Assembly (NCBI GenBank): GCA_963755915.1
Contig: CAVWLP010000003.1
Span: forward strand, 1,120,001-1,184,000
Source of the DNA: an uncultured Phycisphaerales bacterium
Lineage (GTDB): Bacteria > Planctomycetota > Phycisphaerae > Tepidisphaerales > Tepidisphaeraceae
Length of the DNA: 64,000 nucleotides
Direction: 5' to 3'
A model generated the notes under the pieces. It saw nothing but the letters and a program-made list of their open reading frames with translations, did not search any database and had not been told where the DNA came from. Positions 31,517-41,728 of the stretch are shown piece after piece. Made by a program: the position numbers and the translations under genes. Position 1 is the first letter of the stretch. The number at the start of each line of letters is the position of its first letter.

Positions 31517-32458
31517 TCATTTTTCTCTCGGAATAAAACCCGGAACACCGGCTTGCACGACGGTGTTAAACCTGACGCGCAACTTGATTCCATCGCTGAT
31601 CTCCCTGATGGCGTCTTCCGGAAGAGCGGAAACTTCAAAGTTCTCGCCGATGCGGGCGGGAGTTTTCGAGGTGGTCAGGAGGGCTGTTCCGCGTTGGATC
31701 GCCCAGGCGAGTAAGACCTGCGACGGAGTCTTATTAACCCGCCGGGCGACGGCGACGACGACAGGATCTTCCAATAACTTCGGATCGCTGCTATGGCCCA
31801 GCGCCGCGAAAGCCTGCAGGACGATGCCAATTTTTTTGCAATAGTTCAAAAGATCCCATTCCGGCAAATATGGATGGGATTCGACATGAACCACCGCGGG
31901 CTTAACCCTTGCGGCTTCAACGATATCTTTTACCTGTTGCAGATTGACGTCAGACAAACCTATGGCCTTGCACTTGCCTTCTTCCACCAATTGTTCCAGG
32001 GCCCGCCATGTATCCAGCAGCGTCACTCCCTTGTCGTAAATCACATTGCCGTTTCCATCCCGCGGATCCTGCTCGTCACCGGGCTGGAAAGCGAATGGGG
32101 TGTGGATGAGATACAGATCGACGAAGTCGAGTTGGAGTCTCTTGAGACTGGCCTCGAAGGCCGGTTTGACGCGCTGCGGACGATGATTGGTATTCCAAAG
32201 CTTGGTGATGACAAAAATGTCCTCCCGCATGATCTTCCCCTCCTTGAGCACGTCTTGAATCGCTTCGCCGACCTCTTTTTCAGTTCGGTAACGTTCGGCG
32301 GTGTCGAGCACGCGAAAGCCTGCTTCCAAGGCCGCCGTGGTCGCTATTCTGGTTGCCACGGGGTCGGGAATCAGCGTGCCGAAACCGAGCGCTGGCATGG
32401 CACCGGAGCCGTTGTTGAGGGGTATTTTTGTATAGCGAAGGTTGTCGGGCTCTGGCAT
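31517..32458 (-). CDS. Aldo/keto reductase
   Basis: LGFGT, DTAERY, TKLWN, DLYLIH, AIGLSD. Confidence 0.93.
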   Translation of the reverse strand: MPEPDNLRYTKIPLNNGSGAMPALGFGTLIPDPVATRIATTAALEAGFRVLDTAERYRTEKEVGEAIQDVLKEGKIMREDIFVITKLWNTNHRPQRVKPAFEASLKRLQLDFVDLYLIHTPFAFQPGDEQDPRDGNGNVIYDKGVTLLDTWRALEQLVEEGKCKAIGLSDVNLQQVKDIVEAARVKPAVVHVESHPYLPEWDLLNYCKKIGIVLQAFAALGHSSDPKLLEDPVVVAVARRVNKTPSQVLLAWAIQRGTALLTTSKTPARIGENFEVSALPEDAIREISDGIKLRVRFNTVVQAGVPGFIPREK

Positions 32459-32491
32459 TGTTTTACTCCGTCGAAATTTCTCGGGTGGACA

Positions 32492-33142
32492 TTAGCCCGC
32501 GATTGTCGCGGATCGACCCTTGATGCCAATTATCGCGTCATGCGACCCTTTTTTCCCGCTTTGGCGGCGCCCGTGCTGTGCAATGGCCCAGAGGCGGAGT
32601 TCTCTGAAAAGTTTAGCAAGGGCGGCTGGCAGGTAGTGTGCGTTCAGGCCACTGGGGTTGGGGAGAACCCAGGCGTAGCTGCCGCCGAAGAGGTGATTTT
32701 GAAGTCCGACGCGGGCATCTTTGATGCCCGAGACGACGCGGTAGGGATGGATGCCGACGAAGGCAACAACCGTCGGGCGCCAGCGTTTGACTTTGGCCTG
32801 GAGGCGCCGGCCACCGACGCGAAGTTCGTCGTCGGTGAGTTCATCGGCACGTGCGGTGGCGCGTGCGACGATATTGGTGATGCCGAATCCGAGGTCGAGA
32901 AGAAGAGGTCCCTCAAAGGGAGAAAAGAGTCGCGGGGTGAAGCCACCGGCGTGGAGGGCGGGCCAGAACCGGTTGCCGGGACGGCCGAAATGGCGGCCGA
33001 TGGCGGCGGTGTAGAGGCCTGGGTTAATGCCGGCAAAGAGGACGACGAGATTTTTGGCGACGAGATCGGGAATGACCTTGTTGCGCGCGGCGAGAAGCTG
33101 GGCTTTGGTGGGTTTCCAGGGAGCGATCAATGTCCGATGCAT
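32492..33142 (-). CDS. mug: G/U mismatch-specific DNA glycosylase
   Basis: GINPG, HF..PGNRFW, GITNIV, LPNPSGLNA. Confidence 0.9.
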   Translation of the reverse strand: MHRTLIAPWKPTKAQLLAARNKVIPDLVAKNLVVLFAGINPGLYTAAIGRHFGRPGNRFWPALHAGGFTPRLFSPFEGPLLLDLGFGITNIVARATARADELTDDELRVGGRRLQAKVKRWRPTVVAFVGIHPYRVVSGIKDARVGLQNHLFGGSYAWVLPNPSGLNAHYLPAALAKLFRELRLWAIAQHGRRQSGKKGSHDAIIGIKGRSATIAG

Positions 33143-33449
33143 AGGGCGGCGTCCTCGAAGAGAATTCTGCGGCAACGAGAAGACTGTAGCGAGGCAATTT
33201 GAGGAATAGAATCCGATTTACCCCTTTCGGCAAAATTGTCCAGGCTCTATCCGACAGCCAGCGAACTCCCTCGGGAAAAGATGGTCGCGGTAGTTTAGAG
33301 ATTTGCAAAAGACCAATCTATTGGACGAAAGTATTGGCGATACCAAGAGATAAATTAGCGGCCCAACCCAATACCAAAGTATCATGGAGGATTCGCTGCG
33401 CCCCGCGTAAGTTCGCCCTACGCCTGGCCGCAGCCGGAAGGATCAGGCC

Positions 33450-34097
33450 ATGAAGACCACTCCCCCCATTCCATTTGCCGGTTCACAGCTTGGCGAAGTA
33501 CGCCATGTATGTGCTTTCTTTAACAGTGCGGATGAGCAATATCGTGTCCTGCTTCCGTTTATTAAGGACGGGTTTACCTGTGGACACAAAGCAATCCACG
33601 TCGTCAACCCGGGAAGGCATGAGGATCACCTTCAACGATTGACTGCTTCAGGTATCGACACCAACGCCACTCAGCGGAGCGGACAATTGGAGCTTCGTAC
33701 AAATGTAGATGCTTACCTGCGAGAAGGCCGGTTCGATCAGGACCGAATGCTCGAAGTCTTTGAGCAAGTAGCCAGCCGCAACGGCGAGCGGGGATTCCCC
33801 CTGAGCCGAATTGTCTGCCAGATGGACTGGGCCGCTGATAACCGCTCGCACATCGACAACCTCGTCGAATTCGAATCGCGGGTGAATAACGTATGGAGCC
33901 GCCACGAAGATGCGGTCATTTGCGTTTACGACCTCGCGAAGTTCTCCGGCGATACTGTCATCGATATCATGCGAACGCATCCGATGGTCATCATCGGCGG
34001 CATGCTTCAGTCGAATCCGTTCTACCTGCCTCCCGAAGAATTTCTCCGCGAGATCCGTGAACGGAAATCCTCCGGCTCCGGCTCGGCCACGGCGTAA
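33450..34097 (+). CDS. MEDS (DcmR-like sensory) domain protein
   Basis: HVCAFF, PFIKDG, FDQDRM, CVYDL..F, MRTHP. Confidence 0.85.
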   Translation: MKTTPPIPFAGSQLGEVRHVCAFFNSADEQYRVLLPFIKDGFTCGHKAIHVVNPGRHEDHLQRLTASGIDTNATQRSGQLELRTNVDAYLREGRFDQDRMLEVFEQVASRNGERGFPLSRIVCQMDWAADNRSHIDNLVEFESRVNNVWSRHEDAVICVYDLAKFSGDTVIDIMRTHPMVIIGGMLQSNPFYLPPEEFLREIRERKSSGSGSATA

Positions 34098-34105
34098 AGA
34101 CAAAG

Positions 34106-36598
34106 ATGGACGAGCAGGATAAAAATCCTGGCGAAGAAGTGAAACGCCTGCAGCGCTGCATCAATGACCTGGTCAGCCTGTTGGCCCTTCCCGCGCTTTG
34201 GAGCGGCGGCGACGCATCGCACATCGCTCGCACCCTGATGGCCGTCCTGCAACGCCTCCTCGAACTGGATGTGATTTACGTTTACATCAACGACCCCTCG
34301 AGCGGCGCCGGAGTCGAACTGGCACGCGTCGATCAATCTCCCGCGACGCCGTCACAAGCGCGGGAGATCGGCGCCGAGCTTCATGGCCTGTTGGGCGATG
34401 ATCCGCAGAAATGGCCGTCGCGCATTGAGCGTTCCTTCAGGGACAAAAATATTTCCATCGTGCCAATGCGGCTGGGATTGCAAGGTGAAATCGGCACGAT
34501 CATCGCCGGAACCGAGCGATTAGATTTCCCCAAACAGACTGAAGCGCTTCTTTTGAGGGTCGCGGCGAATCAGGCATTTATGGCGCTGCACCAAGCGCGG
34601 CAGCACAGCGAACAGGCGCGGCTCGCCCACGAACTCGATCACCGGGTCGCCCAGCGAACCGCCGAACTCGCCGCCGCCAACGAACAATTGAAGCTGCAGC
34701 TCGGCCTGCTGGAACTTATCCCCGTGGCGGCGTGGACCATCCGGCCCGATGGAAGGCCCGATTTCATCAACCAGAATTGGGTGGAATATACCGGCCAGTC
34801 TCGCGATTACGTCCTCTCACAACCAGAGGCATGGTTGGCCGCGGTTCATCCTGATGATCGCGAAGTAGCTTCCGCCAGCTATTGGAAGGGGATCCGTACC
34901 GGCAGCGATTTTGCAATGGAAACCCGATTTCGCAGAGCGCACGACGGAGCCTATCGCTGGCATCTCAATCGAGCGATCGCGCTGCGCGATTCAGACGGCA
35001 AGGTCATCAAGTTTGTCGGCACTTCCACCGACATCGAAGATCTCAAACAATCCCAGCAGCAGCTTCGCCACACCGAGGAACGAACCCGAGCAATTATCGA
35101 CACCGCCCTCGATGCGGTCGTCACCATGAATTCTTCTGGAAAAGTCACCAGTTGGAACAAGCAGGCTGAAGTCATATTCGGCTGGACCAGCGACGAAGCC
35201 ATTGGCCTTCGCATGTCGGAATTGATAATTCCGCAATCACTACGGCTGGCGCACGAGCGCGGTATACGCCATTTCCTGGCCACCGGAGAAGGTCCGGTGT
35301 TGCGCCGCCGCATCGAAATCACAGCAATCCGGCGCGGCGGCGTTGAGTTTCCGGTTGAACTGGAAGTCATTCCCATGGAGTTTGCTGGCGACTGGATCTT
35401 CAGCGCCTTCATTCGAGACATCACCGAATCCAAACGCGCCCAGGAAAAGCTCCGCGAAAGCGAGTTTAACCTCCGGCAGATGACGGAAACCATCCCCGAG
35501 ATGCTCTGGAGCGCCACCCCCGACGGCGCAATCGACTACTGCAACACCCGCATGCTCGACTACACCGGTTTTTCCGCCCGCGAGGTCATGGGCAGCGGCT
35601 GGACCAAACTGATTCACCCCGACGACGCTGAATCGGCCGCCCGCACCTGGATCTCCTGCGTGACCAGCGGCGAGGCCTACCGCGTTGAAGTCCGCACCAT
35701 TCATGCCCTCGATCGCACCTATCGATGGTGCGTGATGAACGCACGCCCACTTCTCGACCAGGATGGGCGAATCTTGAAATGGCACGGCACCGTCGTGGAC
35801 ATGCACGATTGGAAACATGCTCAGGAAGCGCTGCGCAATACCCAGGCAGAACTGGCCAATATGGCCCGCGTCATGACCGTGGGCCAGCTCACCGCTTCGA
35901 TCGCGCATGAAGTGAATCAGCCGCTTTCCGGCATCATCACCAACGCCGGCACCTGCCTGCGAATGCTCGATGCCAATCCTCCCAACATCGATGGCGCCCG
36001 CGAAACCGCCCGCCGCACCATTCGCGACGGCAATCGCGCTTCGGAAGTCATCACCCGCTTGCGGGCTCTGTTCACCCGGCGGCAAGCCACCACCGAACCG
36101 GTCGACCTCAACGAAGCGGCCCGGGAGGTCATCGCCCTCCTGTTAAGCAAGCTTCAGAAAGATAATGTCAGTCTGCGATCCGAACTTGCGGACGATCTCC
36201 CCCTCGTCACCGGCGACCGCGTCCAGCTCCAGCAGGTAATCATGAATCTCCTGCAAAACGCTTCCGACGCAATGAACAACGTACGCGATCGATCGCGACA
36301 ATTGCTGATCCAAACCCAGCACCATGATGCAGATCATGTCAGCCTCACCGTTCGGGACAGCGGAATCGGCCTCGATCCACAGACCGTCAACAGGCTTTTC
36401 GACCCGTTTTATACGAGCAAGAACAATGGCATGGGAATCGGCCTCTCCGTCAGCCGATCCATTATCGAAAGCCATGGCGGACGAATTTGGGCAAAGCCCA
36501 ACGATGGTCCAGGCGCCACGTTCTCATTTTCCATTCCGCGCAGTCCCGCCGGCGCAGTCGGCGAGCGTTTAAACGCTCAAGACGTGAGCTCCTTATAG
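34106..36598 (+). CDS. Cytoplasmic multi-PAS sensor histidine kinase
   Basis: Three PAS repeats (HPDD..), IAHEVNQPL, QQVIMNLLQNA, GMGIGL. Confidence 0.93.
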   Translation: MDEQDKNPGEEVKRLQRCINDLVSLLALPALWSGGDASHIARTLMAVLQRLLELDVIYVYINDPSSGAGVELARVDQSPATPSQAREIGAELHGLLGDDPQKWPSRIERSFRDKNISIVPMRLGLQGEIGTIIAGTERLDFPKQTEALLLRVAANQAFMALHQARQHSEQARLAHELDHRVAQRTAELAAANEQLKLQLGLLELIPVAAWTIRPDGRPDFINQNWVEYTGQSRDYVLSQPEAWLAAVHPDDREVASASYWKGIRTGSDFAMETRFRRAHDGAYRWHLNRAIALRDSDGKVIKFVGTSTDIEDLKQSQQQLRHTEERTRAIIDTALDAVVTMNSSGKVTSWNKQAEVIFGWTSDEAIGLRMSELIIPQSLRLAHERGIRHFLATGEGPVLRRRIEITAIRRGGVEFPVELEVIPMEFAGDWIFSAFIRDITESKRAQEKLRESEFNLRQMTETIPEMLWSATPDGAIDYCNTRMLDYTGFSAREVMGSGWTKLIHPDDAESAARTWISCVTSGEAYRVEVRTIHALDRTYRWCVMNARPLLDQDGRILKWHGTVVDMHDWKHAQEALRNTQAELANMARVMTVGQLTASIAHEVNQPLSGIITNAGTCLRMLDANPPNIDGARETARRTIRDGNRASEVITRLRALFTRRQATTEPVDLNEAAREVIALLLSKLQKDNVSLRSELADDLPLVTGDRVQLQQVIMNLLQNASDAMNNVRDRSRQLLIQTQHHDADHVSLTVRDSGIGLDPQTVNRLFDPFYTSKNNGMGIGLSVSRSIIESHGGRIWAKPNDGPGATFSFSIPRSPAGAVGERLNAQDVSSL

Positions 36599-36832
36599 AG
36601 AATTGCCGTCGGAGAATTGGGCCGGCCTCTATCACCCCTCCCCTGGTACTCCTGACCGCCCGACACTTTTTTAAGTTGGGAGACGAATTCAGCGATCGCG
36701 TATCCCCACCCCACACATGTATCCGGCGCGCTCATCGCCAGCGAAACGCCGCCGCATATTGCCTTTTAGGGCTGGACGGTTAGATGGCATGTTGGTTGTC
36801 GGGCTAGCCACCGTCGACTAAACCCGACAACC

Positions 36833-37972
36833 ATGAAACACAATTCTTCTAAAGGTAGCCGCAAGGCCTCCCAAGTTCGAGGGGAGAGAGTCTCGAAGCC
36901 CAATCAGTCGCACGAGGTGATCAAACTCGGCGTGGATACCCACAGCCAGCAATATACCTTCGCACGGATGGTCGATCATCAGGGGATTCAACCGGCCCAA
37001 AAACTCTCGCCGGCCGTCTTCATCGAGTTTCTCAAAAAGCAGCTGACGCTGGCCAAACGCGTGGTGATGGTCTACGAAGCCGGTCCCTACGGCTTCGCGT
37101 TGCACCGCGAAGCCACCGCCCTGGGCGTAGAGTGCCTGGTCTGTGCCCCCGAACGTCTGTCCCGCGGCCGCAAGAGAGTCAACGACAAGATCGACGCCAC
37201 CGAACTGCTCTCGCGTCTGGACCGGCATCTCGCCGGCAACACGACGGCGCTGCGTCTGGTGCGTGTCCCCACGGTGGCCCAGGAGATCCACCGCCGCCTG
37301 GGGCGCGAGCGCAACACCTACCGAAAGGAACGGCAGCGCTGGATCGCCCGTGGACGAAGCCTGCTGCACAGCCTCGGCATCCATCGCCCGGGAAAATGGT
37401 GGGAGCCGCTGGCGTGTGAGCCGCTGCTGAAAAAGCTGGAAGAACTCTACGGCTCAGAACTGATCGAACCGATCCGCAAGGAGCTTGCCCGCGACCTGGA
37501 GATGGTAGAGATGATGGACCAGAAGCGAGATGAACTGACCCGCCAGCTCTGCGCGGAGGCCAAGTCCCGCGAATCGGCCCGGATCAAGGGAATCGGACAC
37601 CTCAGCTATGAGCTGCTGGATCGTGAGATCGTCGACTGGAATCGCTTCCAGAACCGCCGGCAGATCGCCAGCTACACCGGGCTTTGCCCTGGAGAATCCT
37701 CCTCAGGCCAGAGCCGGATGAATCTGTCGATCGACAAACATGGCAACCGCCGACTGCGCACGGTGCTGGTGGAACTGGCGTGGCTGCTGCCCAAGTTCCA
37801 GCCGGAGTATTTTCGTCTGAAGCGCTGGAAGCAGGTCTTCGAGAACCCCGGAGCCAGAGCCATGCGCAAGAAAGCCGCGGTGGCCTTGGCGCGGCAACTG
37901 GCGGTGGACCTGTGGCGGATCAAAACCGGCCGGGTCAAAGCGCAGGATCTGGGCTTGAAACTGGCAGCGTAA
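36833..37972 (+). CDS. IS110-family DEDD transposase/recombinase
   Basis: LGVDTH, YEAGPYG, NDKIDA, IKGIG, ASYTGLCP..SSG, KHGN..LR, KKAAVALARQL. Confidence 0.92.
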   Translation: MKHNSSKGSRKASQVRGERVSKPNQSHEVIKLGVDTHSQQYTFARMVDHQGIQPAQKLSPAVFIEFLKKQLTLAKRVVMVYEAGPYGFALHREATALGVECLVCAPERLSRGRKRVNDKIDATELLSRLDRHLAGNTTALRLVRVPTVAQEIHRRLGRERNTYRKERQRWIARGRSLLHSLGIHRPGKWWEPLACEPLLKKLEELYGSELIEPIRKELARDLEMVEMMDQKRDELTRQLCAEAKSRESARIKGIGHLSYELLDREIVDWNRFQNRRQIASYTGLCPGESSSGQSRMNLSIDKHGNRRLRTVLVELAWLLPKFQPEYFRLKRWKQVFENPGARAMRKKAAVALARQLAVDLWRIKTGRVKAQDLGLKLAA

Positions 37973-38298
37973 AAAGCCGGCCAAGGTTGTCCCCGAACTT
38001 CTGGAGCCTGGATGGACGACGGATAAAGAGCTTGGAATAAAAGTGAAAGAGACGAGCCACGGTGTAACGCGCCCGTTTTCCCCTATGAGCGCCCTTGAGC
38101 GTTCGGCGGTTAGATTGGGTCAGCGTGAACCGCCTGCAACGGACGTATTAGACCATGGTGTACTGGCAAACCGCCAGGTACGGATAGCAGGAAGAGCGTT
38201 GCCGCAATGATGGCAACAGCCCATGCAGAGCGGACACTGACAGGCCGAGCAACAGCTTAAAAAGACAAAAGAATAAAGGCGGCGAATGCGGCCCACAC
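37973..38298 (+). ncRNA. Candidate bridge/seek RNA region of the IS110 element
   Basis: Long non-coding end containing ttcccct (38078-38084) and cggttag (38107-38113), matching the two target flanks on opposite strands. Confidence 0.5.
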
Positions 38299-38498
38299 TT
38301 GACAACCAACATAGCAGGGGAAGGGAAAGAGGGTGGAGGGGGTGCGGGGGAGGCGGGAGAAAAACCTTGGGGCCTTATGGGTTGTCTCCCGCCTCCCCTG
38401 CATTGCTTTTGCATTTGTCTTCAAAAGAGCCGGCCGCTTACTCCTCGAACTCAAAAAATGTGTCGGGCGGTCAGGTACTCCGGGGGAGGGTTGGGGGC

Positions 38499-38528
38499 TC
38501 TACTGCTCCACTTTCTACTGCTCCACTT
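38499..38528. repeat. Tandem 15-bp direct repeat
   Basis: tctactgctccactt x2. Confidence 0.7.
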
Positions 38529-38740
38529 TCTCGCGTAGCGCTGGGCATTGGCGCGACCAAAGTAATCACTTGGCGGCTCGAACCAATACCAAAGTACTAT
38601 GGAGCTTCGCGAAAGTGTCGCATATGCTGCTTGAAATGGGTGTACTGCATAACCACCGTGTCCAGCACAACGGATTTTTTCTCGCAGTCCCGGCACTAAG
38701 ACTTGTCTCGCCAAAACAGCGGAGATCGTGAGGAATCGCA

Positions 38741-39127
38741 ATGGATAAGCGAGCACTGGTTTCCGTTGTGGATGACGATGAATCCGTTCGCGAGTCGCTC
38801 CCCGACCTGCTCGGAGAACTCGGCTTTGCCGTGAAGGCGTTTAATTCCGGCGAAGCGTTTCTCGCTTCTGAATCCTTGCAGCAGACCGAATGCCTCATCC
38901 TCGACATCGCCATGCCGGGGATGAGTGGCTTTGATGTGCAGCGGGAATTGAAAGCCCGCCGCCAGCAGATCCCAATCGTATTTATCACCGCCCACAAGGA
39001 TGCAACCGCCCGGCCGGAGGTGCTCGCAGACCACGCCGTCGCCTGCCTCTTGAAACCGTTCAGCGACACCGCCCTGCTCCAGGCGATTCGAACCGCCTTG
39101 GGATCGCCCAAAATAAATGGCACGTAA
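38741..39127 (+). CDS. Single-domain response regulator
   Basis: VSVVDDD, LDIAMPG, FITAH, LKPF. Confidence 0.92.
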   Translation: MDKRALVSVVDDDESVRESLPDLLGELGFAVKAFNSGEAFLASESLQQTECLILDIAMPGMSGFDVQRELKARRQQIPIVFITAHKDATARPEVLADHAVACLLKPFSDTALLQAIRTALGSPKINGT

Positions 39128-39173
39128 ATTAAACCGCGCGTAAACTAAACGGCACGAAAATTGAGGTGAGTCC

Positions 39174-39809
39174 ATGTCAGATAACATGCCGATCGTATTT
39201 GTCGTTGACGATGATATCTCGGTGCGCGAATCGCTGGAATCGCTCATCCGCTGCGAAGGCTGGCAGCCGCAAACCTTCCTCTCCGCGGATGAATTCCTCG
39301 CCCACCCTCGCGCCGCGACGGCTAGCTGCCTCGTGCTCGACGTGACCCTGCCGGGCCTGAACGGCCTCGATTTACAGCAGCGCATCGCCGCCGACCGAAG
39401 CGATATGCCCATCATCTTTATCTCCGGTTTTGGCGATGTCCCCAAAACGGTCAGAGCCATGAAGGCTGGAGCGATTGAATTCCTCACCAAGCCGTTCAAC
39501 AACGACGTCCTGCTCAGCGCCATCCGTCAGGCAATCAAGCGCAGCCAATCAACGATCGTCGCTCAAAATGAGCTGCGACAGCTCCAGGATCGCCATGCAT
39601 CGCTGACCACCCGCGAGCGCGAGGTCATGCACCTGGTCGTCTCCGGCCTGCTCAACAAACAGGTTGGCGCCGAACTCGGCATCAGCGAAATCACCGTGAA
39701 GGCCCACCGCGGCAAAGTCATGGAAAAAATGCAGGCCGAATCCCTCGCCGATCTGGTAAAAATGGCCGAAAAACTCCGCACCGCGACGGCGCCCAGGTCG
39801 ACCCAATAA
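39174..39809 (+). CDS. FixJ/NodW-family response regulator (REC + LuxR HTH)
   Basis: [43 protein letters not shown]. Confidence 0.94.
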   Translation: MSDNMPIVFVVDDDISVRESLESLIRCEGWQPQTFLSADEFLAHPRAATASCLVLDVTLPGLNGLDLQQRIAADRSDMPIIFISGFGDVPKTVRAMKAGAIEFLTKPFNNDVLLSAIRQAIKRSQSTIVAQNELRQLQDRHASLTTREREVMHLVVSGLLNKQVGAELGISEITVKAHRGKVMEKMQAESLADLVKMAEKLRTATAPRSTQ

Positions 39810-40031
39810 CTCGCCGCACGCCGACAGACCTTGTCGCTCTTGAGTTTGCGGTTGGGCGGGCCAATCCCTGCTGAAATTTCGCCGGTCGCCCCCCGTGTTT
39901 TGGCTTTGACCCCTTTAATGGCACATGCTTTCCATCGCCGCAAAGCTGCGACGACAACTCGGCAAGGACATCGGCGGCATCGTGACGGTACGTCTGTTAC
40001 GGCGCGTATGAAAAATGGGGGGGCAATGAGG

Positions 40032-40595
40032 CTAAGGGTGAAATGCTCTGCCTTGCTCCATCATCGCGAGAATCGTCTTCATCCTTTTCTCGCGCGATTC
40101 CGGTTTTTTTGCGGTATGAAGGCGATAAACAATCGAATAAACATTTGCTTTGTTCAGGGTTTCAAAAAAAGCCTTCGCTTTTTTGTTTTTAGCCAACTCC
40201 TTCAGAAAATCCTCAGGTGGACTAGCGTTCTTGGGCGAAGCGTAGGCGGCTTCCCATCGGCCATCAACCTTTGCCGCCTCAACTGCCTTCAGTCCAGCCG
40301 GGGTCATTGCCCCGGCTTTGGTCAGACGTTCGACATGCTGGGTATTTAGCTTTGACCATCCACTCTTAGAACGCCTTGGTGTGAATTTCTGAAGCCAAGA
40401 CAGTTCGTCGAAGGGCTTTTTCTGGCCGTCAATCCAACCATAGCAAAGTGCTTGGTCTAGCGCTTCAGCATAAGTCAGGGATTTTTCCTCCGCATCTTTT
40501 TTAGAAATGCGCAGCCAAAGCCCTTCAGATTTAACATGGTTTTTCACCAGCCAGCGCCGGAAATCCACAGATGTTTTGAAATGCAAGATTTGCAT
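40032..40595 (-). CDS. YdeI/OmpD-associated family protein
   Basis: EALDQALCYGWIDG, FTPRR.KS.WS, GRWEAAY, TAKKPE.R. Confidence 0.88.
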   Translation of the reverse strand: MQILHFKTSVDFRRWLVKNHVKSEGLWLRISKKDAEEKSLTYAEALDQALCYGWIDGQKKPFDELSWLQKFTPRRSKSGWSKLNTQHVERLTKAGAMTPAGLKAVEAAKVDGRWEAAYASPKNASPPEDFLKELAKNKKAKAFFETLNKANVYSIVYRLHTAKKPESREKRMKTILAMMEQGRAFHP

Positions 40596-40940
40596 GGATT
40601 CGCCTTCGGTGTAATTCCAGCTTATTCGTGAGCCGGTCGGCATAATCCAGTCTATGCGGATCGTTTGGCATTCGATCAGATTACTTTTTCTTCCGGATCC
40701 TGCGCGGGGGTGACGGGGGCGTGCGGAGAACTAAAGATTAAACCACACGACTCCCGGCGGCCGCAACATTATATGAGGGATTTGGACGTGTGGTATAATC
40801 TGACTGTGGGATCGAAGCCCAAGAAATCCGCCAAGAAAAGGGCCACGGCCAGCCCAAAGGCCGAAGTCCTGAAGCTGGAAGGCGAGTGAAAAAGAGAACA
40901 TCCGGAAGTCGTTTCAGAATGCCAAGCCGAAGGAGTAGCC

Positions 40941-41180
40941 GTGGAGCACCCGGTACTGGATTACGAGCCTAAGTCGATCAATGAAAAAATCCCGCTGTGG
41001 CGATGGGGATTCATTTCGATTCTGTTTGGGTTCCTAGCGGGTTTCGCTGGCTCCGATGGCAACGACCAGTGGATGATTGCCTTATTCTTCGTCGCGTTCG
41101 CGCTTTCGCTTGTCGGAGTCGGGCTGATTTTGGTGAGCATTTTTTGGGCTATTTTCACCGGCCGCGAAGCAACAATGTGA
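40941..41180 (+). CDS. Small membrane protein
   Basis: AAGGAG ribosome-binding site, VLDYEP start, two TM segments. Confidence 0.6.
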   Translation: MEHPVLDYEPKSINEKIPLWRWGFISILFGFLAGFAGSDGNDQWMIALFFVAFALSLVGVGLILVSIFWAIFTGREATM

Positions 41181-41218
41181 CGTTGCGGCAAGTATACACT
41201 TCCGAAAAGCAATGAGAT

Positions 41219-41443
41219 ATGTTTGGGAAGATAATCAGCCTCGGCGTTCTTTGGTTCCTCTGGATTGGAACTTGGTGGGCGGTAGCCTATCAATATAAGA
41301 CGGGCACCGCAGTAGGCGCACTTCGATTTCAGCGCGCAGGACACCCAAGGCTATTTTGGATCTACATCTCCATTCAGATAGCCGTTTTGGGTGGACTGGC
41401 GTTCTTTTGTGTCCTTTGGACTATCGGAGTGACCCACAAATGA
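41219..41443 (+). CDS. Small membrane protein
   Basis: Two hydrophobic segments, R..HP.LFW motif. Confidence 0.55.
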   Translation: MFGKIISLGVLWFLWIGTWWAVAYQYKTGTAVGALRFQRAGHPRLFWIYISIQIAVLGGLAFFCVLWTIGVTHK

Positions 41444-41472
41444 GACGGTGCGCTGACCCCACGGGCTATGGA

Positions 41473-41712
41473 AACTAAAGGCGTCACGATCCATAAACCA
41501 CAAAATACCGCATAGGTGGCCGACGGACTCCACGCAAGCCCCGTCCGAACCGCAAATTCCCGACAAACTGAACACTTTTCTGAGCGCCAAAACCGGATAC
41601 AGCCGGCAATACGCCCAACCGATTACCCCATCAATACATACCGCGGCGACAAAAGCTAGCATTCACTAATCATTTTTCAAAAGTGTCAGATTCTGTCAGA
41701 TTCTGTTCAGCC
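41473..41712. repeat. ~240-bp repeat, inverted relative to 50057-50095 + 51619-51833
   Basis: For example 41630-41672 reverse-complements to tgattagtgaatgctagcttttgtcg.cgcggtatgtattg, seen from 51633; similarity continues along the whole length. Confidence 0.85.
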
Positions 41713-41728
41713 CCCTTCTCAAGGCCAT

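Larger units (their letters stand above)
36782..38314 (+). mobile_element. IS110-family element with sub-terminal IRs (IS1111-like organisation)
   Basis: 12-bp IR atgttggttgtc (36789-36800) / gacaaccaacat (38301-38312); TAG at both junctions; TTGACA at 38299; about 330-bp 3' non-coding end. Confidence 0.8.
36651..38475. mobile_element. MITE (about 290 bp without the insert) interrupted by an IS110
   Basis: Perfect 16-bp terminal IR cctgaccgcccgacac / gtgtcgggcggtcagg, extending imperfectly inward; TACT direct repeat at 36647-36650 and 38476-38479. Confidence 0.75.

Noticed and set aside
38299-38314. Strong circle-junction promoter for the IS110
   Set aside because: TTGACA is present, but no convincing -10 appears 16-18 nt downstream across the reconstructed junction.
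40790-40938. IS1595-associated small ORF remnant
   Set aside because: Resemblance from recall only; no transposase or terminal repeats could be identified.
40940-41460. Integron cassette array
   Set aside because: No attC-like sites recognised between the small ORFs, and the nearby integrase shows no IntI-type features.
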